Positions 44,010 through 55,900 of a DNA stretch of 64,000 bases are shown in pieces. The DNA lies in contig KZ538446.1 of the NCBI GenBank assembly GCA_000934665.2, forward strand, positions 1 to 64,000, given 5' to 3'. Made by a program: the position numbers and the translations under genes. The notes beneath the pieces were generated by a model. That model was not told the DNA's origin, made no database searches, and saw nothing but the letters and a program-made list of their open reading frames with translations. This DNA is from Catajapyx aquilonaris. Lineage: Eukaryota. Position 1 is the first letter of the stretch, and each line of letters starts with the position of its first letter.

Positions 44010-47000
44010 GTGAGTGGCATCTGTTTGTGCATCCAGCTGCACCGGCCTGCACATGTACCGGAGTTAATCCCGACACCGATGTTTACACGTTGTAAACTGG
44101 CGCGGGAAAAAAGTACTTTGGCGTAGCTTCCAACTTTTGCAACAATTACGAATGTTCCTATTTTGCAAACTGCTGCACAACGGAATTGAATTATTGCTCA
44201 TTCCTAATCAGCAACTGACACAACCATTATCTTATTTTACTCCAGTCTAATTGGGCCACACTGAGCCGTTGATTGGACGCATTCGGGGCGCCATGTCCTG
44301 ATTGGATGTACTCCGGCGCCATGTTGTAATGGTCGAGGGAGCAGAAAATCATGTTTCTTCCTTCCAGTTATCTGACGGTGTTCCGGGGCCATTCCGGGTC
44401 TGAAGCGTTCAGAAAATGACTAAAGGAATCCGCGCTTCCCTCTGGCGAGTAGTGTAACTGAGGCCATCGAAAGTCTCTTGTGGCAAGAAACCTTTTCCTG
44501 GCTGGCTCCTCGCCAAGCAACCGGAGCTGTAGTCTTATTTCTCTGCCCATTCCCCCTTCTGCTGCTCTTCCGGATTTCCTTTTGTGCCCTACTTGGCCCC
44601 GTCCTTGAGGCCTGGTAATTGCTCCGTTCATGTTTTTCCTGAATGTGGAAAATCTAGCACCGAGACTCCTCCCACTGGTGCCACCTTTTCCTCGGCGGAC
44701 AAATTGAGCTGGTCTTATCAAAGCTCCCCTCGCTCTGTATTTATTGCCCGGGCCTTGTCAAAATCTGACCGGAGAAAGGACAAGGGGAGATTACAATGTT
44801 GGAGAGAGAGAGAAGAAAAAAAAATAGTAGAAAGAATTCCAATGCAGGATGGCGGCCCCCGAGCAAACTTCCTAGTCTCGCGCGATTGGTTCGGCAATGC
44901 AGTAAATCAAATTGCAAAATGTGCTTCGACTCCAGCTTTATCTTGATGAGGTGAGAGGGCCGCCATATCTTATCCCTTGCATCTGCGGTGGTGCGCTGTA
45001 AATATGCCCTACAAAACGCTTTTTAATTCAGGGAAGGGCTTTGCAGCTGCCTAGTCCGCATATTACGTAAGGATGAGGCTTTGAAGCAAGTGCGTCGTGG
45101 GTATAATTTAAGCCAGAAATTAGTCAACCTTCCATTATATGAGCGTCCTAGACACTCACATGTCAAACTTTGCCTTCTGCAGTGAAATTGCCAAGTAATG
45201 GACGGCCCCTGAGGTCATTAGGTCAAGGATTTGCAGCGCGCAGCCAAAGACAATAATATCGGTGGGCGTTTCCTTTGCCGAAACTAAAAGTCACTTCGAC
45301 GTGCAATATAGACGACGTTCAAAAGAATGCCATTAAAGTCTTGGAAGTGGATGGGGAGGAGAGGGGTGGAGGAAGAAAAAAAAAAGTTGCGCCGATTTTC
45401 TCTCCCTCCCCACTCCATTGTTAGTTAGCTTTTTGCAAATGTTTCTTCCGCCTCTCATCAATCAAGCAACTGCCTGCAAAAGTTAGGCCCTTCTTCTCTT
45501 TTCTCGAATTTTCCACACTGCAGCTTCTCGCTTTTTTTTCTTTCTCTCTCTGCACCTACCCCCCCACTTCTCCTCCAGTCGCCTTTATGTTAAGAACAGA
45601 ACCTGCTCCGCGACCCCCCCCTTTTTCCACGTCCATTTCACTTAGTTTATGCCAGCCCGGAATAAAATTACCAACTTTTCTTTCGGTCACAACTTGCCAT
45701 GAAAAGAAGGGGGGGGGGGGGGGGCTCGGCAGGGGTGAGGGAAGTGGGAGTGGGTGGGAGCTGTCCCCGTTCGTCATCCCTCCCTAACTCCTCCTCTCCC
45801 CACTTTTTTTTTCCACCCACACCTCGCTTTGAATATTCATGGCTTGTGGTGGGATCGCATTCCAGATGAAATTAAGGGCTGCACGCAAATAAACCCCCGA
45901 ATTCTTAATCACTTTTCGGCTTCTCCTCAGCCAGAATTCTGTCATTGTTGGGCTGAAAATAGCTTCGATTGTGTAGCTCGTCTTTTACATCACAGTTGAG
46001 CTGAATATAGCTTAGATTTTGTAGCCGTTCTTTCCCTCACTTTTCATCACATGACGGGCTGAAAATAGCTGTGATTGTGAAGCCGTTCTTTTCATCCCTG
46101 TTGACTGAAAATAGCTGCGATTTCGTAACCGTTCTTTTCCTCACTTTTATCATGTGACGGTCTGAAAATAGCTGTGATAGTGAAGCCTTTCTTTTACATT
46201 CCCGTTGTACTGAAAATAGCTGCGATTTCGTAACCGGTCTTTTGTAGCCTATCAGTATTGGGTTGAAAATAGCTGTGACTGTGTAGCTGTTATTTTAAAG
46301 CACTGCTGGGCTGAAAATCGCACACTGTGACTTTGCAGCTGTTACTTACAATAGCGCCGTCGTTTATGGCTGTGAACTTTAAATAATCGACTCCTTGGCC
46401 CTCCCTTTCGATGCACACACCCTAAGGGGAGGGAGGGGGGCACTATCTGTCGATCCCAAGTGGAGGAAGGATGGGTTCGGTTTCTGAGTATATTGGATTG
46501 TCGGCCACATGACTGGCAGAACACAACCTCGCCGTTCCCTTCGGCAAACTTCTTGATTGCCTTCTACCTTCCTGAATGACGACAGGCCCCCGTTAACTAC
46601 GGCAATCTTCTTGACACCGGAGACAGACGTTGAATGTGAGTGCGACTGATTACATCGAGTTGGGAAGCGGCGATTAGAGGAAGGAAGGAGGGAAGGAGGG
46701 AATATATATATATAGGCTTTATTTTCTCTACCGCATCTGCTAGAAATGGGGAGGGGGTTTTTGCTACGAATCCAACCAAGTGCTTTGTCTCGAGCAATTT
46801 TTTATGTGTCCCGCGGAATGTAGACTGCAAATTCTAAACTCCACGCCCAACTTGCTTGATTAAAGTTGTAATCTAAGACCGAGGCTCAGCCAAGTGGCGG
46901 TATATTTCTTACTCTTTACTTTTGCGCTAATCTCGCTGTGGAGGTGGGGCTCAGATGGTATTTCACATCAGAGAGGACTGATCTTTATCAGGCTTACCTT

Positions 47001-50000
47001 TCACAGACAGGCAGGTGTATATATACGCACGAAGGAAGGTATTAGTCCATTTGCTTTCATGATGGCCTCGCGCTATAGCTCAAAAGCAGACTTTTTTTAA
47101 AAAAATGTGCCGCATAATCCTGCAAACATTCGATTTTTGCTGTTGGATTCAGAAAAGGCTTTGGTTTCTGTTCTACGCTACTTCTCCTCTGTTACTGCAA
47201 ACGACTAAGCCGGTGTACTGCAAGTGCATCCAATCAAGGCGTAGCCTTCGGAAAAAGTGCACAAAAAGGTCCAAATCCTCAAAGGTTTCTGCAAAATAAA
47301 CTATCAACAGATGGCGGGAGTTAGGCCTAGTCCTGTCATCTAAGAATTAAATCGCATAATTACGCATTATTGTTATGCAAAATTAGGCTATGTCAATTTT
47401 CCTGCCCATCTGACTGACTCTCCCAGACTATTTTTCAGTCATACTAATTAAGCTCCCCTGTCATTTGGAAACGCACGCTTTGATTTCCCTGTACAATAAC
47501 CTTCACACAATTTAAAATAATTATACGTAAAAAGAGGTAGCGTGGCAGAATGATTATGGCAACAACGTGGTGTTGGCTGCCGCATATTATGTGTGTTCCA
47601 TAGTTGCGGAGGGCACTATTAATTATGGCGGCAGAAGAGCAGTTATTCTCATTTCAGGGGCAGATTTCATTCACCGCGACCAACACCGCGCGTTGAAATA
47701 TACTTCCCTCAGTGGTTGATGTTCCTACGTTCATCCTCATCAAATGTAAATAAGGCATAATGAAACTCCTGTTAAAGGTGCTAATATATAACAAAGAGGC
47801 ATTTTTCCAAGCCCCGTTTTGCTTGCTTTTCCTAGCTCACTCCGGGTTTTCGTAAAGCTCCGTAATGAGTCTCCTGGCTGCGGTAACACCCTCTAATTAA
47901 AAAAATTTCCGTGTGACCCACTCGACAAATGGCAAAAGCTCGATGGCACGAGTTTGATGACGAACTGGGTCTTGTAATTAATATAAGTTTAGCGTTCATT
48001 TAAAATGACTGATGTTGGCGTCGCACCAACCTGTTTTTATATAGTCAAAAAATATAATCGTACTGTGAGCACAGAGCCGGATCTCCATTTTCATAAAACA
48101 CATTATTTAACAACAATATTGTTCCATGAAAATGCAATGCATAACGATCACAATCAGACTGATATTATTTTTGGTATTATGATAGTTTGACCACTGAATT
48201 TTTTAAATCAATTTTATGAGCTTCAATTTCTCTATCAAATAATAATTTTGCGTTTCTAGCACTACTTCACACCGATTTTAACCAAACTGTGGCGCATACT
48301 TTGCATTTGATGTCTCCGTGCAGCCAATGTGCATCCTAGGTTACAACTGAGGCGAAAAAAACAGCTGGAAATGATCAGCCCAATGGTAAATCTGATATCA
48401 CCAAACTGCGTCCAGTTTTATGTGACAGACCTAGCCTTTCGTGCCAGATAAAAAAAGTGCGCAAAAAAAGGGTCAGTCCGAAAATGCAGGCCGCGAGACG
48501 AACATTGATGTGTGTGTGTATATATAACATCGAAGCGAAGGAATCGGTCGTACCGAACCGGAATAATGCCATTTTATGACCTACTTTGGCTCTGATTGGT
48601 ATTCGCTGTTTTGTTCCCCCTAAGGGATCGCAGACACTGTTTAACTCGGGTTACAGCCTCCATTTGTCTCGCGCCTGTTCTTGTCCAAGCCCCTTGCACC
48701 ATTCCTCTTTACAGTCTGCGACGGATACCTCGTTTTGCAAACTGCCTTTTCGTCCCAGGCACAAACTGAGCCTATCGCGTGTGAATCACCCACATCCGAT
48801 GCATCTGAGCACAACCCAAGACGCAACATCCTCCTTTTTTTCCCCAAAAAAGCACAGTCCCGATATTTCACCATGCAGAAAAAAACTGCTCCCAAATTAC
48901 TCCGTCTAATTAATGTTGATGCATGCAAAGAACAAATCGGCCCAAGGGCTCTCTCTCTCTCTCTCTTTTTGCAAAAAAAAAAAATCTTAATTTCAAAGAC
49001 AAACCTTCGCCCCTCGGAGCTCAAAAGTCAGATATGATTACGACTTGAAAATGTTCTTCTCAGAAGCAGACCGTCCTTGATCTAATACTGTCAGCAATCT
49101 CATTTTTTTGGAGAGAGGAGGGGTGATACTCATTACCGGGCATGTTACATGCTCGGTTTTTTTTCACTAAATGTGACAATGCATCGCAGTGCAATTAGAT
49201 GCAAAAAAAGAGAGTCTTGGCATGTTGATGAAAGCAATTTATAAGCTACTCTCGCGAGCAGGAAAATGTTGACAACTATACTTGTCAGGAGCCCCGCATG
49301 TGCTTTAAAAGCGGCGGAAAAGAGGCAAAGAAAAGTGCAATATTGATCCTTCCAGCCAGTTTCATACCCTCTATGGCCCTTTTCCTTGCACAGAAGCGTA
49401 ATGCGCAACGAGCAGGTCAGACTCATAATACAAAAAAGGACAAAAAAAAAATATTTGTGTGCATGGAAGGCCAACTTCCCCCTGGGAATGGCGTTTATTT
49501 GGGTAGCAACGATTTAATATCGGTTTAGAATGTGCGTCCAGCAGCGTCCTCTCTGTGCGTACATTAAATGTCACTCGCGTTATTGGTAATCAATGGTTAA
49601 CCACCTGGCTTTTACCCTGGCGCTTGCGAATTGCATTTTCCATTCCAGCGGCCGAATCGCTCCGCGCTAATTCGCCAAAAAAGAATTCAATTGAACCGTT
49701 TTCAACGCCACGTCAATCGCTTCGCCAGACACTGTCACTTCCTTCACTCGTTTTTTTTTTGGATGGAGCTGCATTGATAACCTGGCACTTACTCTAAATC
49801 ACTGTAGGATAGAATGCGAAAAAATTGTGCACTGTACATCCTTCCGTTGGGGGATGTAACAGGGATTTTCTTCTGACAGATTTCCGTGGGTAGAGATTTA
49901 CAGGGATTTGCTGTCGTCTTTGCATCTCATGCGGTAGGAATTGTGGTGCAAACACACTCTATACGGAATGGATATAAAATGTGATGTGATAACAATGCCA

Positions 50001-52691
50001 AGTAAGAGTTGGAGACGCTTTTCGGAATAAATAGCAATTTCAATAATGAAAATAATTTAAACCTGAATTGTCGCGCAAAATTTATGCGACTGGTTTTTAA
50101 TGCAATGAACAGCTATGAAAGTTTATAAACAAAAAATTGACACAATCAAATTTTCCACAACTTTTGCATAATCTCGCAGGCTTTTCGAGCACCCATCCTA
50201 ATTTTCGCAATAATTTTAAGCCGTTGCAAAAAATTCTCTCCGGCCCGTAAATATGCTGATTATTGTGAGGAATATTACATCAAATTTGTATAAAAAATGT
50301 ACTTTGCAACCTTTTAGGCATAACCAATGCAAAGTAATGTTCAAATCATACTTGCACACAATTTATGTCATAAACTAAATGGATTCGACATAACGTACAC
50401 TCATTTCTAAGACCATATGATGAGAATCCATTTTCCTTTAGAAATTGAAACTCGGATATTTGTTTGGAGGTAGAATCAACTACACCCACTCGATCAATCC
50501 CATTTTCTTCCATCATAAGATTGATAGACCTCCATTATTTGAACTGAGATGTGTTTGCTCTTGCACCGGATCATTTCTTCCCCCATTGTAAATATCACAG
50601 ACGACTTCCTATTACAGGAGTCGCGTCATTATGTCCCCCCGTGTTTTTCCTCTTCAGGCGATGGGAATATCTCGCGCTCATTCCGAGAGAGTGTGCACGT
50701 AAGCGTGGTTTAACCGTTTCTAAATCGCATTATATGAAATTACTGGAATATAACACACGACCCGCCATGAACCCAGCCTCGTGGAAAGAGCTCTCCCAGC
50801 GCGCCTCTTTTCCTCGGTTATCAGATTTCCAGCCACCAGAACAGGGTTACATATCAAGGTTTTCATATGTAGGATTTTCTCCCTTAGGACCCGCCAATTT
50901 CGGTTAGCCACACGAACTGAACCTGGGTGATATATATGGGCTGGATAGGTGCACTAACCCTACCCCAAACTCCAGGAGAAAAAAAAAACCCGGGAGAGAC
51001 CACAGTCCCATTTCGGGTCGTTGGGTTTCCAGGGGGTTAATGCGGTGTATGTTGGTTAGGGCAAGTTAAATTGCACTCGGAGACAAGATCCGCGGCTGAC
51101 AAACGCAATCGATGGTCCTCGACCATGCATGGCTACAGTGAGGAATCGGTTTCAGCTGAGCGAGGGATTGAAGGAATAGAGAGAAAAAAAAACCGCTCTC
51201 GCTCTCTGGATTTTTGGGCGAGTTTTTTTTTTCCTCCGGAACTGTAGGAGTCCGAAAAAAAAGAGTAGTGCCCCGTGCATTTGCGGGCAGCCAATCCCCA
51301 GGACAACACGCTTGAATGCGACTTCCATTTGTTGCGGCGCTAAGAGCCACCATCGGCGACAAGCTGCAGCTGAATCGCATCCCCTTCCCATCGGACACAT
51401 AAATATCCTGCTCTTGACGGAGGATCTGGCCCGATGCTGCCTTTCGATAACGTCCCGGGAAAGATGCGGACGGAATCGCTAACAAGGGACGTCCCTATCC
51501 TATACTCTCCCTGTTAGTGTCCAACAATGCTGGCCATAGACACTCGCAAACCATCAGATAATATGCATGCTGACCTAAATAATGTTAGCAAAAAAATGTG
51601 CTAGCTTGGAGCAGGAAACTGAAATTAATTCTAGATTTAGCTAAACAACTGTGGCTGTCAGATATGTAATGAAAATATTAATTATAATAATACTAACAAA
51701 AAATAGCTGAAAGTGAATAATACTTAGCGCTATACTGAATAAGCCAGTGTTACAACGATTTCATCCAACTTCAGAGTGAATAAAAAGAAAAGTGTGGCTC
51801 AAATTAGCTGGTACAGTACAAGAACTGGAGATGCCTTAGAGTGTCGCTACAGTACCGAGCGCAATTAATGCATTGCCCAGGGTGTGTGCAAGGGAGTCAA
51901 CAATCCGACTCGAGGGAGAGAACACTGCACATCGTCGCAATCAGAGATATCCTTTGTGCACTAGACAGCTGGTTTATGAAAGCAGATTTGCGCTATCGCA
52001 AAGCCGCCTCTCCGCAAAGTGCAAAATCTACCCTTAAGAACTGTTCCGTATTTTTGCAAAAAATCGTCAGAGAGCCTGCATCTGTGTTGGCTCTTAACTG
52101 ACAGTTTAAACATGGTGGTAAAACCGATCATCGTATTGTAGTAATTTACAAGCCTTATACAGAGGAAGGGTCGGGTATGGAAAAGGGGGAGGTGGAAATG
52201 ATTGAAATGACATTGGCCGCATGAAATTGCGCCATTCATCTTAATTTACGTTGGACCTAATTCGAGGCGAGGTCATGGTGTTGATTATCCAGAAACTTCC
52301 TCGTGTTTCGGCACAAAATGATTAATTATTTCGCACTCAACCAGGCAGGTTTTCTGGCGCACGTGGATGGCAAGCTGGAGCAAATGTCGACATCTTTTTT
52401 TGCTTATTATTCATTTTCCCGGAGCAAAACCTTCAATTCTAATGTCCAGCCTTCCCCACGTCAACACGGGAATTATTAACTCTCGGTACAAATTAATTCC
52501 CCCTCGATGTGTAGTGATTTATTGCGTTATAAATGAACGCGGTTCAACAACAAGGCATTCTACATAATTAATGCGACAAAAGAGCATTTGGTCAGTGTTG
52601 GCCAATACAATGATTTCAGATCTGGCAGCATCCATCAATTATTGTTACTTTTATATGTAAATAATGTAACGAATTATTTTGTGGGTTTCAG
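44010..52691 (+). other. Predicted 8682-nt GT-AG phase-1 intron joining the two coding exons
   Basis: gtgagt at 44010 and tttcag ending at 52691. Splicing gives a continuous 102-codon reading frame. Additional small exons inside it cannot be excluded. Confidence 0.72.
45951..46344. repeat. Degenerate minisatellite, 8 units with core CTGAAAATAGCT and alternating short/long units
   Basis: Core starts at 45953, 46001, 46059, 46105, 46162, 46210, 46263 and 46311 (spacings 48, 58, 46, 57, 48, 53, 48). Confidence 0.9.
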
Positions 52692-52924
52692 CAGACAGGC
52701 CACCAGACAGGCAGCAGAACTTCCAAAAGTTCTTCTGGTTCGAGTTCACCACGGCTCCGTTGTCTCCCATATATTACGACGAGTATGAGGTTGGAACAGA
52801 GACGCCAGCCACACAGGAGCCTCTACCATACTTCGAGAGTGACATGGCAACAGCCAACGTCACAGCCCAACTTGGTGACACAGCCTTCCTGCACTGTCGA
52901 GTGCACGACCTCAACGACAAAACG
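52692..52924 (+). CDS. Second coding exon of the Dpr/zig-8-like Ig-superfamily protein: N-terminal linker plus the start of Ig domain 1
   Basis: Translation includes PYFESDMATANVTAQLGDTAFLHCRVHDLNDKT, the typical Dpr Ig1 start (PxF...NVTAxxGxTAxLxCxVxxLxxxT-VSW). Acceptor gggtttcag| follows an AG-free T-rich tract. Perfect donor ACG|gtaagt at 52925 (phase 0). The specific paralogue cannot be named. Confidence 0.92.
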
Positions 52925-55900
52925 GTAAGTTTCAGCATATATACACCCGCGTACCCTTTTAAACGCATCTTCCAGGCTACATTAGGTTCTTTCTGAGCTA
53001 ATGCACCCTGTTAATGGCTGCATGGAAGAGCAACGGGATCCGATTATGTGTCCCGGAATATAGTCTGCAGTACAAGTAGTAATACAGTCTGCGGCACACT
53101 CTTGGCACCTGCAGTGAAAGGCCTGGGGGGCGCCCGTGTCCGAGCCTCATTGTTCTTCTGGAGTGGCCCAGGGGCACACCACGCACCGCGCACTTCATTA
53201 AATCCTCGAAAAGGTTCATTTCGGCGTATGATATGAGAGGGGGGGAGATCTGCGGCTGGTGATAAATTTCCGGGTTTCCAATTCCGGGCCTGGGCTGGCG
53301 GCCATTCCGATTGATTCCTGCGCCGACACCGGGCACACCAACTTGGTATGCCCTGTCCGAGAACAAAATCACTCCGTGCAGTACATCTACAAGATGTGAA
53401 AAGTCATTACGAAATGGTTCTGCACTGCAGCCTCACCCCCCTTTTTCGGATTATAATTATGTGTTCTTGAATTATAAGTTAGCAGGATGGGGCCTGGAGT
53501 TAAATGCATCCCAGAGTTCATATTTGATACGGAAACGGTGGCCAGCCGTTTTCTGTTTATTATGTAGATGTACTGTACAGTACATTACGAATTCATCCTT
53601 CGCACTTTTACTTGCAACACTTGCTAAAAATATCGCAACAGCATGGAGTGAATTGGTCAATAATCCAGGGACAACATATGAGAAGACTGGCTCTTAAGAT
53701 ACAGAATGGACAATGTTAAAATTATAAAAGTAAATACAGTAAGTCATAACAAAAATTTGCCGCGTCAACCAACTGTGCGCGCATTGTATTGATGCCTGCA
53801 GAACATTGTTCAATCCAGCAAACTTTGAGTATTTAATGACCACCAAAGCATGCATTAACAGTATGCACTCTGTGTTTATTAAAACTGGCTATCACCTGAA
53901 TATTACTTCGGTTTTTAAATACAAAACTAGTAATGATTGAGTCAATTGAAAGTAAAACGCCCAAAACTCATTGATTGCTTGCTATTTCAAGTGTATAGAA
54001 AAAGTGACAAGCTCCTCCCAATTAAGAAAGTAAGGATGAATATTATCGGATTTCTGATTGGATGCGACGCAGCCGAGAGAGATTAAGCACAGAGCAGTTA
54101 AGCGTGATTCACTGGATCACCACGTCAGCAATTGGAACCCCCTCCTCTTCTACCAATAGTTCTTGGAAGAAAATAAACCCATCGATTTCTGTTAGGAGAC
54201 GAATCGAAGGGAGTTCCTTGTGGCTACAAACTTTCCGAGCGAGATTGGGACAGACATTCAATCTGACCCGACCCTTTCCAAAGGGACGTGAAGACCTCTC
54301 TTTCCAGATATGTCACGAAATGAGACCCAGATAAGACTTGGTCCACTTCACCCTCCTAGACACAGATGATTCAGACAAACTTTACAGGGTGAAGCATCGG
54401 CGGATCACTGTCTATGTGTCATGACGATACGTGTTCATCAAGCCTGCTTCTGCGGTGATCAACTTGACTCGATTAGCACCTCCCCGATAGAATGGACATC
54501 GCTGCCAGTCGTAATGAGAGTGGTCAGGAGAGCACTTTGGCATGAATTTGAATCCTGGTTGGTGCAGGAAACGGGTTAACGCAATTTCTGTCCAGACTTT
54601 TTATGCATCTGAATCTAACCTGATGAAAGGCCACGGGTCGAGGAGAGAAACCAGTTATTACATTACAGGGTGCTTGGGCCGGACTCAATATAATGTGGTC
54701 CCTCCGCATCACAATCATAGAGGAATTTCTGTATAATAATTACAGAACAATGCCACACGCCAGACGTACAATGGTATAAAGTTAGTCAACCTCTCTGAAT
54801 TTAAAGGCGTGTTTAAGTTGCGCAACGTTTCTGTAAAATGGCGTCATCTCGTAAAATTCGAGCATTGTTGCCAGGCTTTTTTTGGATCCCTCGTTCTAAA
54901 CAAGCTGGGGCATTAGTTGCACACTTTCATTCCGGCTCACAGGTAGTTCAAACACCCGAAACGAGCCCCCCCAATCCCCACCCGACCCCCACTTTGCTGC
55001 TGCTACACTTTTGATTAATACCCGGCTCCTCTCTCGAGTTAACCACTTCATCAAAACGTTGTCAGCTTTTTAAAAGAGCGCAGTGAAGTTTCGCAGGGGG
55101 GAGGGTTTCAGGATGGCGTCGCTAAATATGGCCGTAAATTTTAATTGTTACATGAATCACTATAAATGGGCGATAAAAAATGGGCCATGGAGACCCAGTC
55201 AAATCGATTCCAGTTTAACTTTTTTCACCCCTAGTCTGTGTGATGCAGTCTTCTTCTCTTTTTTTTTAACCCTCCGCAGAATAAAGCCAGGGCGGTAGTA
55301 AAAGTAAATAAACTTTTTGGAGCCGGGGCGTCGTTTGCTTTGTTAGTCATGAGGGATTATAGAAATAGACCTGTACGCCACATGGGCCAATATTGCTTCT
55401 TTATTGCCAGGGCGGAATGGTGGTTATTGAGCCCGGAGGAATTTTCCTGGCTTCCAGATATATGAATGCCATTGTGATGTGGTCAGAATCGATCATTGCA
55501 ACATAATGAGAGGCCACCATTTCAAGGCACGATAGTGCAATAATATAGAGAGAGAAGAGAGAGAGAGGGCTTAATCAACGTGGGGCGACAAAGCAACCGT
55601 GCTGCGTGCAAATTTATAGAAGGCATTGTATACAAAGTGACGTATTGCGGGGTTTGGCTCAGTTCTGGCCCAGATCTAAGGCGGTAAATTGAGCTTGTAA
55701 TGATACAATGAGTGGTTACTGGTTACTAAATCGTTTGCTGCAAGTCATGTGCTATACCAACTGATTTTTTTTTTTAAATCTCCGATCATGTACGATCGTT
55801 CATAATCTGACGCAGGTTTATGAAAGGCTTCCCTTGGAACGTCACTTGAGGTAGAGAACATGGACAGGTGCATGAGTTGCAAATATAGGCCAGTGCGTGC

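Noticed and set aside
44351..44403. Cassette or poison exon after the acceptor-like tttcttccttccag
   Set aside because: It would stop two codons in, no matching donor was identified, and such pseudo-acceptors are common in long introns.
45951..46344. CRISPR array
   Set aside because: The inter-core sequences are homologous to each other rather than unique spacers, the core is only about 12 nt, there are no cas genes, and the DNA is eukaryotic.
52718..52747. Somatostatin-like peptide (NFQKFFW resembles KNFFW)
   Set aside because: No cysteines or dibasic processing sites; the resemblance is too short to be meaningful.
52679..52996. The 105-aa ORF as a complete gene
   Set aside because: It starts at TTG inside the acceptor tract and loses Ig character after DKT|VS, exactly at the gtaagt donor. 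Only 52692-52924 is exonic.
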